Below the pieces are notes generated by a model, which saw only the letters and a program-made list of their open reading frames with translations, did no database searches and was not told the origin of the DNA. Source: Torpedo marmorata (taxonomy: Eukaryota). From it: a stretch of 64,000 nucleotides of DNA. Location: positions 14,446,001 to 14,510,000 of the forward strand of contig OZ360246.1 in NCBI GenBank assembly GCA_977017645.1. The letters run 5' to 3'. The position numbers and the translations under genes are program-made. Positions 50,259 through 61,885 of this stretch are shown here, one piece after another (position 1 is the first letter of the stretch; each line of letters begins with the position of its first letter).

Positions 50259-50608
50259 TCCTGCAGCTCCGAGCCGCCGCCGTGGCCGAGCGTTACCCCC
50301 AAACCCCAAAATGCGCCCGCTGACGCAACCACGGCGTGGTCTCTCTCGGTGCTCAAGGATCACAAGCGCATGTGTGATCGCCGAGAGGCAGCGGGTCATG
50401 GCTGCACAGGTGGCTCTCCGGCGGCAGCAAGCGCAAGAAGAGAATGAGGCCAGGGAGGTGCAGTATATGTACGCCGGAGCAGGGGCTGCTGAAGCCAGCC
50501 TAGCCATGGCGGCAGCTGCCGCGGCCGCCAACGGCATAATCCCGGCATTGAGGGCCGGCTCGACGCCCTACGAAATTTTTGGAGCCGACTACCAGAAGCA
50601 GAAGGAAG
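50259..50608 (+). pseudogene. Captured DM-domain exon fragment of a DMRTA-subfamily gene (DMRTA1/DMRTA2-like), disrupted
   Basis: [31 protein letters not shown][deletion][40 protein letters not shown]; ends at the splice donor AAG|GTAAGT (50609). Confidence 0.9.
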
Positions 50609-51012
50609 GTAAGTCAGCAACTGCCATAATCATTTGAAGGCTATTCACCTGCTAATACAGTTTGTGGGAAAGCTGCTTTCTTATCTCTGATTAATTGTTT
50701 AGGTTCTTGTTCATGATTTCTCAGCTTGTTTGGTTTGAATTCGTTTATTACACTATTTCCGACACCGTTCACAATTACTACACAAAGGTTGCAGTAAGGA
50801 AATCAATGCTGTAATCCAATTTGGATTCTGCAGTTGCAACTTTTTAAACTTTCTATTGTTGGTTAAACATTTCCAATCTTAACTCTGAAATCAACTAATC
50901 AACCAGCATTCTATGTTACTAGTATCGCTCCACTATCTGCCCTCCTCCCGCGTCTGCATCTGGGGCCACGGCGGGTTTCCGCGGTCTCCCACCTGGCCTG
51001 AGCAGCACGGCG

Positions 51013-51256
51013 ACCTCTCCCTGCCCAGCGGGACGGGGGACGGGCCCACCTCTCCCTGCCCAGCAGGACGGGGGCTGGCGACCTCTCCCTGCCCAGCGGG
51101 ACGGGGGACGGGCCCACCTGTCCCTGCCCAGCGGGACGGGGGACGGGCCCAACTCTCCCTGCCCAGCGGGACGGTGGACGGGCCCACCTCTCCCTACCCA
51201 GCAGGACGGGGACCAGCGACCTCTCCCTGCCCAGCGGGATGGGGGACGGGCCCACC
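51013..51256. repeat. 33-35-bp GC-rich tandem repeat inside the hAT element, about 7 copies
   Basis: ACCTCTCCCTGCCCAGCGGGACGGGGGACGGGCCC and variants. Confidence 0.9.
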
Positions 51257-51617
51257 GCTTTAACATTTCGTTGAAATTGGCAGGGTCATAAAAAAAGGTT
51301 GCACATTAAATTAACTGTTGGATTTATATAATGTTAAACTAAATCAGTGATTTCTCTTCAAATAATACAACCAAAGGTGATAGCGATTGTTTGAACTTTA
51401 ATATGTCTACGTTTTTAATCATCGTTGTGCGGTGATTTTGTATAATCAAGTTTTATTAATAAATGAAAGCCGACTTCGTTCCTTCGCTGCAGGGATATTT
51501 GGTCTGTTATTATTTGTGCGACAGTTGTAGAAAACGTGTAATGTATAAATTGTTTTGAACGAAATCTCAGCAAACCGAAAGGGAGAAGCCGAAATTGCGT
51601 TTGTAAATTGAGTTGTA

Positions 51618-51790
51618 AAATCACAATGCTGGAGGAACTCAGCAGGTCTCGCAGCGTCCGTAGGAGGTGAAGATGTATTACTGACGTTTCGGGCCTGAGC
51701 CCTTCTTCAAGGTATCTTTACCTCCTGTGGACGCTACGAGACCGGCTGAGTTCCTCCAGCATTTCTGTGTTTTACCACAGTCACAGCGTC
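51618..51790. mobile_element. Penelope pLTR-like palindromic fragment of another subfamily inside the hAT element
   Basis: TGCTGGAGGAACTCAGC..GACGTTTCGGGCCTGAGCCCTTCTTCAAG..GCTGAGTTCCTCCAGCA. Confidence 0.6.
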
Positions 51791-53499
51791 GGACGAAGGG
51801 TGGGGCAAGGTCAGGGGAAGGGGGGGGGGTGCTTACTAAAGCTCAGCCTAGGGCCCAGGTGGTAGTTAATCCGCCACTGCTTCTGAGTGATGAGCTGTAA
51901 TACCAATCAAGGCCACAGATTAAACTTTTGAACCCTCTGATGTCAACCTCCAAGCAGCTGGACTTTAATGAATCATTTTTCAGCACCTTTGGTTGAGGCA
52001 ATAACACCAGCACTGTTACCCCACAGGCTCCCACCACTGTAGAGAATTGGAATTTCAGGTTGTCTTTCCTGTGGAGTATCATGTGGAAGAAGCCCTTCCT
52101 CCCTGCTCTCCTTTCATTCCTTGCACAGATGCCAGAATACGCCATACAAGAGTTCTCAAGGTCAGTACATTTTAAATGTAAAATGAAAACAAAGCTATTT
52201 AGTCTTAACATTCTGAAGCAGATTAATTTAGTTTGCATTAATCTGCCTGAAAAAAGTCATTAAACCTTACAAAAAAAAATGTTTCTATAATTCCCTCATA
52301 AAACCTGAGATATTTTGGCATCATTTATTGGGTAAAATCTAAACCTAGCACAGAAATCTTGAGTAGTGATTGCAATAGTTTGAATTAATTTTCACTCCAA
52401 GCACACGTGTGTGCACGTTTTGTATGTGTGCGCGCCCGTGCGTGTGCACGTGTTAAGAAGTTACCATGGATGGCATTATGCTAAGCTACACAGGTCGATA
52501 ACAGATCCCTGAGTCTGCTACTTTAATAAAAATTAGCTTAAATGTTTTGGCACATTTACCATTTTTTAAAATATATTTTCAGAATGTGGGCATTGCTAAC
52601 AAGGCTCATGATTATTTCTGATCCCGGGTTCATTGAAGAAAATAATGACAGGTCAAAGCCAGGACAGTTCCTTCAATGAAAGTGGGAGGAGCAGGTCCAT
52701 TGCGATGCAGTTGCATTAAGAGAGAAGGGGTATTTAGGTTTGCCAACTCTGGAGTTGACCTAATTTTTCCAATTACCCCAAATTACTAATTCATGGAATT
52801 AGTTGCTCAACACATGTCAGTGCATTGCATTCCCAGTCAATTGGAGAGGGAAAAGCCTCCTCATTATAAATTGGAAGCTGCATCTACAGAAACATTGAAA
52901 TCTCCAATATTACAATTGGTCCAACAAGATAAAGCCTCCCCATCTCTGCATACCTCTGCCAATTTCAGCCACTGTTTTCTCTCTAGATCTCTCCTGTCAT
53001 CCTGTATATGCATCAAAACTTCCAGCTTCCACCATTCCATGCAGTGTTCTTCCTTCAATCTGTATGAAACAATTCCTTGTTAAGTTCTTTACTTGATCTG
53101 TTACTGATTACTTCACATTTATCTCCCTTATGCTTCATTCATTCCCTGGAAACATCTATCCGTTTGTATTTCTTCACACCACTAGGCTTCTGTCAGGAGA
53201 AAAACAGCCCACTCTCCCAAAAACCTCTGGTAGCTCACTCCCCAGATTCCAGCAGCAGCCCTACAAATATTTCCTGCTCCTTAACTGCATCAATATCCTT
53301 TGTGGTTTCAAGCAAATAAAATAAAACAACAGCATGCAGCAGACTCCAGTTCTCTAAACGCTGGATGGACATTTACACTCCTGATCCAACAGTATCCCAG
53401 AAGGAATCGTGAAGATGATCAATTGGACCTCCAGATAAAGATAGGAGGCCTAGTTCAAACTGTCGGCATAATATCCAGGTGTGAGTAGCACTATGTGAA

Positions 53500-54625
53500 A
53501 GATCTCAAATTCAGTAATTTGGTTAGCCTCAATTTGAACGAGGCTTTCCCCCGGCTCAATTCGGACTTCATTTCTTCAGGAGATCTTTCCTACAGAGCTT
53601 CCAGCATTGTTGGCTCCCAGCCATGCACAGACTACTTCTACCTCCTGCTCAGAATTCACAAGCAAGACTGTTCTGACAGACCAATTGATTCAGCCTTGTG
53701 GTTCCACCAAACATTTCTTCTTACTTTGACTTCATCCTTTAATCCAGTCCATTCTTGCTTACAACTGCAATATTTCAGATGCCTTCTTCCACTTCAACAG
53801 TTTCCAATTTCCTGGTCCAATAGATGTACAATCCCATATTAGGACACTCTGAGGGCCCTCTGCTTCTTTCTTGATCAGAGACCAAACCAGTTCCCCTCCA
53901 TCAACTCACTCGTTTATCTGGCTGAATTTATTCTTACATTGAACAACTTGTACTTCAACTACACTACTTTCTCCAGATCAAATGTTCAACTGTGAGAACT
54001 CATGTAACCCTAAGCTACGCCTGTCTTGTAGGATACGCAGAACAGCTTTTCATTCAATTCTGCTCGGACCTCTTGACTTCCAGTATGTCAATGACTGAAC
54101 ACCGCTTCCTGCATTCAAGGAGAACTCAAAAATGTCATTACGTACACCATCAATCTTCTCCCTGCTCTCACTTTCATGCGATCCATATCGAACTTCTCTC
54201 TTCCCTTTCTGGGTCTCTCTGTCACCATCTCAGGAATAGGCTATAAAAAAACATATATTATGTACCTACAGATTTCCACAGCTATCTCAACTACTCTTTG
54301 CACAACCATGCCTCCTGTAAGGACTCCATTCCATTTTCCTAGTCATTTTGACTCCTTCAAATTTACTCCATCTATGAGACTTTTCATACTGGTGCCTCTG
54401 AGAAGTTTTCTTCACTCCTGAACCATGGCTTCCCCTCCAACATAATGAACAGAGCCATTGACCACATCTCATCTATTTCACGCTTCTGTTCTCCCCTCTC
54501 ATCCTTTACAGATAGAGTTCTCCTGAATCCCAACTTCCATCTCACTGGCCTCTGCATTCAACGGATTATCCTTCGCAATATCTGCCAATTTCGCCTCCCG
54601 ATCTTTCCCACCTCCCTCCTATTAG
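53500..54625 (+). mobile_element. Highly degenerate Penelope-like RT remnant
   Basis: FYLLLRIHK..RPI.S, LSYACLVG.AEQ and SLPFLGLSVTISG match the intact copy at 38-39 kb. Confidence 0.7.
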
Positions 54626-56213
54626 CCTATGTGGTTTTCCATTCGGGACACGTTGAGGACATTTTTTTTTCCCAGAGGATAATGAATCTTTAGAATTATC
54701 TACCCAACATGGCTGCAAACACTCAATCAATTGAGTATATTCAAGTCAGAGATCAATAGACGTTTGGATAATAGAGGAATCAAAGGATATGGGGATAATT
54801 AAGGAAAGTTGCAGGAAGTAAAAGATCAGCTATGGTGATGACTAGCCTGCTCTTGTCTCTGTTTCCTGTGTTATTATATAAGAAAACATAATTTTTAAAA
54901 GCAAGTTTTGTACCAGTATTTTGCAGGCAGCAGTTCTGAAAATTATGTTATAATTCTTGGAGATTCTTGGTCAGTGTTAGAAAGCTGACAATCCCTCTGT
55001 AGGTTGAGAAAAATTTTAACCTGGAGTGAGATCCAATCATTTTCACTTAAGGTATCACTTACTCATTGCTTGTTTCAAACAAACACAGCTACCTGGGCAT
55101 GTGTTTTGTTTCACACCATTAGACCATAAATCTTCCTTGCTGTTCACTCACATGTTGACACCATGTTACAGATATATCAGAATGAAGAAGGCCCTCGGCC
55201 CATTTAGTCCCAGCCTTCTGCCATCTCCCATTGCAGCATCTCCCTGCATTTAAGAGAGTCCAAACATCTTCTCCAGCAACTCATCCCAGCTGTCCTGCTG
55301 ACAATTTAGTAAATGTTGAGACAGATTTATCGAGTCTGCTCTTCTTACATCAAACATCATTTTATGTTATTTGCAAGAATCTCTTATAATAATGTGTTCA
55401 ATGCAACTCAATTCAAAACCCCTCTAACAGTAGTTTGCCTTGATGCTTCTAGGCTCACTCAGTATCCTTACTCAAGGGAACAGTGACTGATCTCTGCGTA
55501 AAGGAACTACTTCTCGCTACCATTCAAAACTCATTATTAGCAGCTTTGATCTGTTGTTCATGTAAGCCATTCCACAGCTAAAAGTAATGTTCTGAGTTTA
55601 CTTATAAGGGTTATGTTAGGGAGCCCAGTTCTCTCGGTTTCTAATGCAATGGGAATCAAACAACGCAAGCATTTTGCATTCCACACATTCTTGCTTCAAT
55701 CTACTCAACATTCTGATCCTGCACAACAGCTGTATCGCTGTAGATTACAAGAAATGCAACATCTGCCATTTCTCTCAACTAGCTCTCCTCCCACTAAGAG
55801 ACAAACAGGCCCATGAAAGTATTTTCCCTTCACAATTATTAATACATTGCTGTCATCGTTAGCATTCGACTGTTGATTGCCTCTTGCGGACTTTGCTGTC
55901 ATCGTATTTGAAAGAATGCGAGCTTTCAGGCAGGTTTGACCATCCAGAATATTCCAATGAACAAAAAAAAATGGGCGAGATTCACGCAGTAGCAAAAGGT
56001 TCAACCAAAGGAGAAGGAGAGGTGAAGGGCTGCCCTGCCTCTCAGATTCCAAGTGCAGTTGTGTAGTTCGCAGTGGCCTAGATCGAGACTGTCCTATACT
56101 CCAGCCACCTCCAAACCAGGCTTTCCTGAAGGCCATCCGCACAAATCCAACTGGCCATGGTAAGAATGAGAGTGTCTTGAAAGATTGTCCATTTTCTCCT
56201 GGATGGATTCAAA

Positions 56214-56792
56214 TGCCAGCTACAAATTTGGCGATGACACCATAGTCATCGGCAGAATCACAAACGGTAGTGAGGAATGAGATGGATCAGATCAGCTAGT
56301 TGAGTGGTGTCACAACAACAACCTTGCACTCAACGTTAGCAAAGCTAAGGAACTGATTGTGGACTTCAGGAAGGGGAAATCAGGAGAAGACGAACCAGTT
56401 CTCATAGAGGGGTCAGCCATGGAAAGGGTTAAGAACATCAAATTCCTGGGTGTCCACATCTCTGAAGATCAATCCTGGGGCCTCCATGTTGATGCAATCA
56501 CAAAGAAGGCTCGCCAGCAGCTATACTTCATGAGGAGTTTGAGGAGATTTGGTTTGTCACCAAATACTCCTGCAAATTTCTTCAGGTGTACCATGGAGAG
56601 CAATCTGACTGACTGCATCACTCTCTGGTATGGAGGTGCCAATACACAGGACAGGAAAAGACTACAGAGTTGTAAACTCTGCAATCGCATCAGTCTCCAC
56701 TCCATTAAGGACATCTACAAGAGGTGGTGCTTAAGAAAGCAGCCTCTATACTCAAGGACCCTCACCATCCAGTTGAGTGGTGTCACAACAGC
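56214..56792 (+). mobile_element. Rex1/Babar-like LINE RT C-terminal fragment
   Basis: YKFGDDT..LNVSK.KELIVDFRK..KFLGVHISED..KKARQQLYF; matches 44705-45040. Confidence 0.85.
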
Positions 56793-57468
56793 CAGTGTTG
56801 TCCACGTGTTCACAACTGTACGCATCTTTGTCAGAAACTACATACTTACACGAGTCCATCAATATTTACAAAAAATTAAATTGTTCTGCTGTATCCATCT
56901 GCTAACAAAGTCCTTGCTAGTATCAATCAAGTGCTTTTTATCAATTGTTTATTTCACTTCTCTTACTCATTGTAAGCAATTTCATGTATTACAGATCTCC
57001 CTTTTACTGTCTGCCTGATTGTCCATGGACATATTGGTAACTGCCTTTATATATCTTTTAAAGGGGCAGCATACAGATAATGGTCTCCCTATCAGATGGG
57101 TGATTCTATGTAGCTGTAGATCAAAGTGTTACCCTCAATTTGTGGTGAAACACAAAAGACTGTGGATGTTGTTTTTGTACTACTCTCAATTTGTGCCCAT
57201 TCTCTTGAGAGATCATCAACCTGAAAGTTTTTAGATACTACTGGACCTGCAGGCTATATCCATTTCTGTTCTAATCTGTGCTTTTCATTTATATGTGGAT
57301 GTGTCTCTCCTTGTATACATTTTACTATGTGCATATATGCATATTGATGTCTGTCTTTTTGTGTGTGTGCGTGTGCCAGAGAGAGATTATTGGTGTCTGC
57401 ATGTATCTAGTTATCTGTGTATTTGTTAGAGTCTTGATTTTAATGTCTTAATATCTTTAGAGTCTTGA

Positions 57469-57705
57469 TGGGGTGGCACAGTTAGCGTAGCAGTTAGCGC
57501 AATGGTGTTACAGCGTCAGCGATCGGGACCGGGGTTCGAATCCCGCGCTCTGTTTTCCCCATGTCTGCGTGGGTTTTCCCCTGGGGGTCCAGTTTCCTCC
57601 CATCCTTCAAAATGTACTGGGGGTGTAGGCCAATTGGGTGTAATTGGGCGGCACAGGCTCGTGGGATGAAAGGGCCTGTTACCGTGCTGTATGTCTAAAT
57701 TTAAA
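57469..57705 (+). mobile_element. tRNA-derived V-SINE (HE1-like)
   Basis: GGGGTGGCACAGTTAGCGTAG..GGTTCGAATCCC..tail TATGTCTAAATTTAAA. Confidence 0.8.
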
Positions 57706-57899
57706 TGTACTGAATGTGTACTAGTACTCCAGTATAGACTTGGGGACAGTTTTGCAGAATATCTGTGGTCTGCAATGGTCATCCTGAGCTGCAGGTCACA
57801 TGCCATGTTTGTGTTGGTGCCTGAGTGCATCAATATATTAGTGTCCATGTGCATGACAATCGAATCAACCCACCTACCCAAGAACACACATACGGGTAT

Positions 57900-58172
57900 C
57901 TTTACATGTGTGAGCATATTAGTACTGTATCATGTTTGTGTGCATTTGTGTGTCTGTGTGTGTATATCTGTGTAGGTGTCTGTTGTACATATTGTTCTGT
58001 CTGCATGCATGTGCATTTGGAATTATTGCTTGTTGTGTCTGCGTATTAATGTTTCTCTGCATATGTTCTGGGATGTATATGTGTTTGTGCACATATCTAT
58101 TTCTGTGTGTCTGTCTGCACATGAGCATCTGTGTGTGCATTAGTGTTTGCGACCTGCAGCGTGTATATGCAT
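57900..58172. repeat. Degenerate (TG)n-rich low-complexity tract
   Basis: Base composition. Confidence 0.7.
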
Positions 58173-58271
58173 CTGCAGGGTATTCAGAGTTTAACTAGCA
58201 TTGGCAGGCTGCTCGATTTCTTGTGATGAATGAACACTGTATGACGAACAAAACTGAGTAAATAAAACAAG

Positions 58272-58418
58272 AAGTAAACACGAAAATCTGTAGACACCGT
58301 GGATGAAGTAAAAAACACAAATGCTGGAGAACTCAGCAGGTCAAACAGTGTCTTTTATGTAGCAAAGGTAGAAATACATAACCGACGTTTCGGGCTTGAG
58401 CCCTTCATCAAAGTATCA
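58272..58418 (-). mobile_element. Penelope pLTR mini-element with 12-bp TSD
   Basis: Near-identical to 40317-40457; AAATAAAACAAG at 58260-58271 and 58419-58430. Confidence 0.75.
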
Positions 58419-59109
58419 AAATAAAACAAGGCCTTTCGCTGATTAAAATTCTTTTGTTTTTTTTTCAATTGGGAAAGACAGATGTAGCCTGTGGAAAACT
58501 GTACTTCAGAGCACACTGTTAAAGGCATGCAGGATACTCAGTTGTACAGTGAGAGATAAGCAGTCCATTAAAGAATCTGAAATTGCGATGGAGTACAGGC
58601 TAGTTCTCTTGCACTTCACTGACATCCTGTCAAACTGGGAGTCCGACTTTGAAAGGCACCAGGTGAGTTAGTATTAATAACCTACACTGTGCATTGATTA
58701 CCAACCCATAATGGACTGGAACTATTAAATTAAGGAGCTAATCGAGGAGTTGAAGGCATTCTTGAAATGGAAACAATACAGCCTACAAGGACCTAAAGGC
58801 TGGTCCAACCAAACAAAAACTGAGCTGGGTGGAAAGAGCATTGGAGGTCCCCTCAAGCACTGACAGCCATGCACAAATTCTACAGGGCTCAAGACTGCAA
58901 TGACCCAAACACCCAAGAACTCAATCACTTTGCAGAGTCAAGAATGGAGGAGAGCTTATCAAGAACAGAAAGGAAGTCAGCAACCACTGGAAGAAGCACT
59001 TCCAAGAACTAGTTCTTCAAAGAGGACTCTGGCTTTGACATGCAATTCTTACTTCATTCCACAGTATACAATCTACCACAATTTCTGCATTCATGCAGAA
59101 AAGCCTGTT

Positions 59110-59320
59110 TGCATTTACCCTATCTATACCTCTCATAATTTTGTGTACCTCTATCAAATCTCACCTCATTCTCCAATGCTCCAGGGAATAAAGTCGTAAC
59201 CTACTCAACCTTTCCTCATAACTCAGCTCTTCAAGTCCCAGCAACATCCTTGCAAATCTTCGCTGCACTCCTTCAATACTATTGATATCCTTCCTGTAGG
59301 TAGGTGACCAAAATTTCAAA
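59110..59320 (-). mobile_element. CR1 LINE fragment
   Basis: FWSPTYRKDINSIEGVQRRFARMLLGLEELSYEERLSRLRLYSLE. Confidence 0.8.
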
Positions 59321-59878
59321 TTATACGTATCAGATGGACAAATCAAATTAAAAAGGGTGGAATATGAATTTATGGAATGCTTTTTTCAGATCTATATATT
59401 GAGGAAACAACATGGAAGAAAAGCTATTTTGGATCTAGTTCTGTACAATAGAAAAAAGTTGGTTGATGATTTGTTGTCAAAGTGCCCTGAATGAAAGTAC
59501 TGTATTCATAATATGATAACATTTTGCACGGAGTTTGAAAGTGATGCAGTTCAATGCAAAACTATAGTCTTAAATCTAAACCAAGAGAACTATGAAGGCA
59601 TGAGAGGATAATTGGGTGTGGTTGATTGGGGGGGGGGGGAGTTGGGTGTGATTTATTGGCATAGCGAGCAAGAAAAGGTTAAAGAAATAATGCGCGAATC
59701 ACAAAAAAAATAGTCAGTCACTAAAAACTAAAAGAAACGGTAATTTATCTGTGGCTGACGAGAGCAGATTGAATTACATTTAAAAGATAGGCTTCTTATG
59801 TTGCCAGAAATTGCAGAAGGCCTAACAATTGTGACAATGTTAGAACTCAGCAGAGGAGGACTAAGGAATGGATAGAGT

Positions 59879-60586
59879 CAGTGGCGGATTAACTACCACC
59901 CGGGCCCAAGGCTGAGCTTTAGTAAGGCCTCCCCTGACCTTGCCCCCCTGCCCCACGGCCCCCACCCTTCGTTGAATAGAATAAAGTGAAATTGTTCCAT
60001 TTATTATCCTTTGGGCGTGATGCCCTCACATATTCTAAATTTATCCGCCGAGTATGTGCTGGGAATACACCAGTTGGTGTTTGGTTGGAGGAGGGGAGGA
60101 AAAACTTCATTAAAATCAAACAAAACTTTACCTTACAGAAGCCGTCTGCTAGCCCCGAATAATTTTAAAAGTCTGTTAGTTACAAAAGGATAAATAAAAT
60201 CAATTCTAAAAAAACAGTCTCGATACAAAGTAACACAGGAGAAGGGAGAGTCTTTTTTAAAAAAGTAAACCTCCCGTGAGCGACACTCCATGAGCCAAGC
60301 TCTGCTGCAGGAGGCAGACCTCAGACACGCGCACGCATACAAATGCGAGCATTGATTGACAGGTAGCATTGGGACTGGCGGAGCCCGAATTGATAGATAG
60401 GACCGAGACCCCGCTGCTGATTGACAGGTGAACGCTGTACTTCCGCGAACCTTGATTGGCGGTGGACCCAGGACTAACGCGAGCCCATATTGACAAGTGG
60501 TTACATTGGTGTACCAGTGGTTGTGACCCTTACCTTCCGGGCCCCTCGGCTTCAGCCTACTCAGCCTAATGGTTAATCTGCCACTG
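59879..60586 (-). mobile_element. Second copy of the CAGTGGCGGAT hAT family, with a different interior
   Basis: Both ends match 49927-51879 in reverse orientation; TSD GATAGAGT/GATAGAGC (7/8). Confidence 0.88.
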
Positions 60587-61557
60587 GATAGAGCCCATCG
60601 AGCTGGTGCAGCAGCTGTCAGCGAGCTTCAGTGTGCCCTTCTGCACAGAGTCCTGCACGAGTCTGCAGCATTTGGTTTCAGACAATCCCCTGCACTGAAA
60701 GACCATCAGGTTTCAAGAATAGCTAAGTGAAACTTTCACCTGCCCGATGGTCTTCCGGCAGCAGTCAATGTTTGTCCCAGTGCAATTTCCGGGAACAGCT
60801 GGAGAATGCGGAACTCTGTATTATGCAACTGCTCAGCATGAACCTCAACAAAGACCACTGCACATCTTTCCAGGAGTCCCTGTCCATCACACGCTCCAGA
60901 AGGAGATGTGCACCTCAGAATCCTCTAGGGCAGCATGAAGTGGAGCTGAGTCTGGACAACATTTCTATGAAAAGTAAATGGATTTATTAAGCTAATATTT
61001 TTCTGTTATGAAAAGCACCATTAGCGAGCAAACTCTATAGTGAGAAAAACACATTAAAATCTCGAGACCTTCAATCACCTTCAAAACAGGAGCTCAGTTG
61101 TGACTCACAATTGTGGCGCATGTTGTGTGTGTGTATTGATGACGCTGCAGCAATGACATGTACACAGCAAACAGTACAATTTGTCAATAATTGGGAAATT
61201 GCAAATATGAATCTAGTCCGTTGAATCCAGAAGCTTTCCTCATTTGTATGGTTCTATTTCACCATCTTCAGTTTAGCATTTTCACCAGCATCTGGAAGAT
61301 GTGAGAAATTTAAACCCCCTCTTTTCAAATTGCTGGTATGGACAGGACAGCATATCAAGAAAGTTCAGGCACGTGCTTTGGAGTTCCCTTTCTTAATGCT
61401 CTGCTTGAAGCGCTTTGCTCCCTGCAGCTATATAATTAACTTACAGGCAGGTCTCAACAACCGTGCCTTGAACTCATGCGTCCCACTGTCTTTCATTATC
61501 TCCATGAAACTGCTGTTCAAACAACCTTGCACCCTCTATTGTGCCGAAAGAATCATT

Positions 61558-61885
61558 AGCCCCTTTCACACTGCCAACCCTCCTAGGAAGCACCGTAAAC
61601 TTACCGGGCATGCTGCACTCGGGAGCCTTTCACCATGATTTACCTGGTTAATCGGCAATCTACAGCGGTGACAATGCGAGAGCAGGTTGTGCTTTCACAC
61701 CGCCAGAAGGCGATTAGTGAGTTAACTCGGCCGGGCTCTGACACTTGCCCACACCAAGTGTCAGAGCCCGGTTGAATTTAACTCGCCCTGCCCGGTTGGG
61801 ACGTTTCACACCGCGCGATTATCAGGTACGGACCCGGTAAATTACCCGGTTCAACCCACATGTAATCGGCAGTGTGAAAGGGGCT
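61558..61885. mobile_element. PIF/Harbinger-like MITE with internal palindrome
   Basis: TIR AGCCCCTTTCACACTGCC / GGCAGTGTGAAAGGGGCT in a TTA/TAA context. Confidence 0.7.

Larger units (their letters stand above)
49927..51879 (+). mobile_element. Non-autonomous hAT-type element carrying a DMRTA gene fragment (Pack-type)
   Basis: TIR CAGTGGCGGAT / ATCCGCCACTG; perfect 8-bp TSD CTTCTGAG (49919-49926, 51880-51887). Confidence 0.9.

Noticed and set aside
50236-50637. Functional DMRT gene
   Set aside because: The DM zinc module has a stop, a frameshift and a deletion; there is no second exon, and it lies inside a TIR/TSD-bounded element.
60598-60990. Possible host exon (NFREQLENAELCIMQLLSMNLNK...)
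   Set aside because: No recognisable domain or convincing splice sites; cannot be supported without a homology search.
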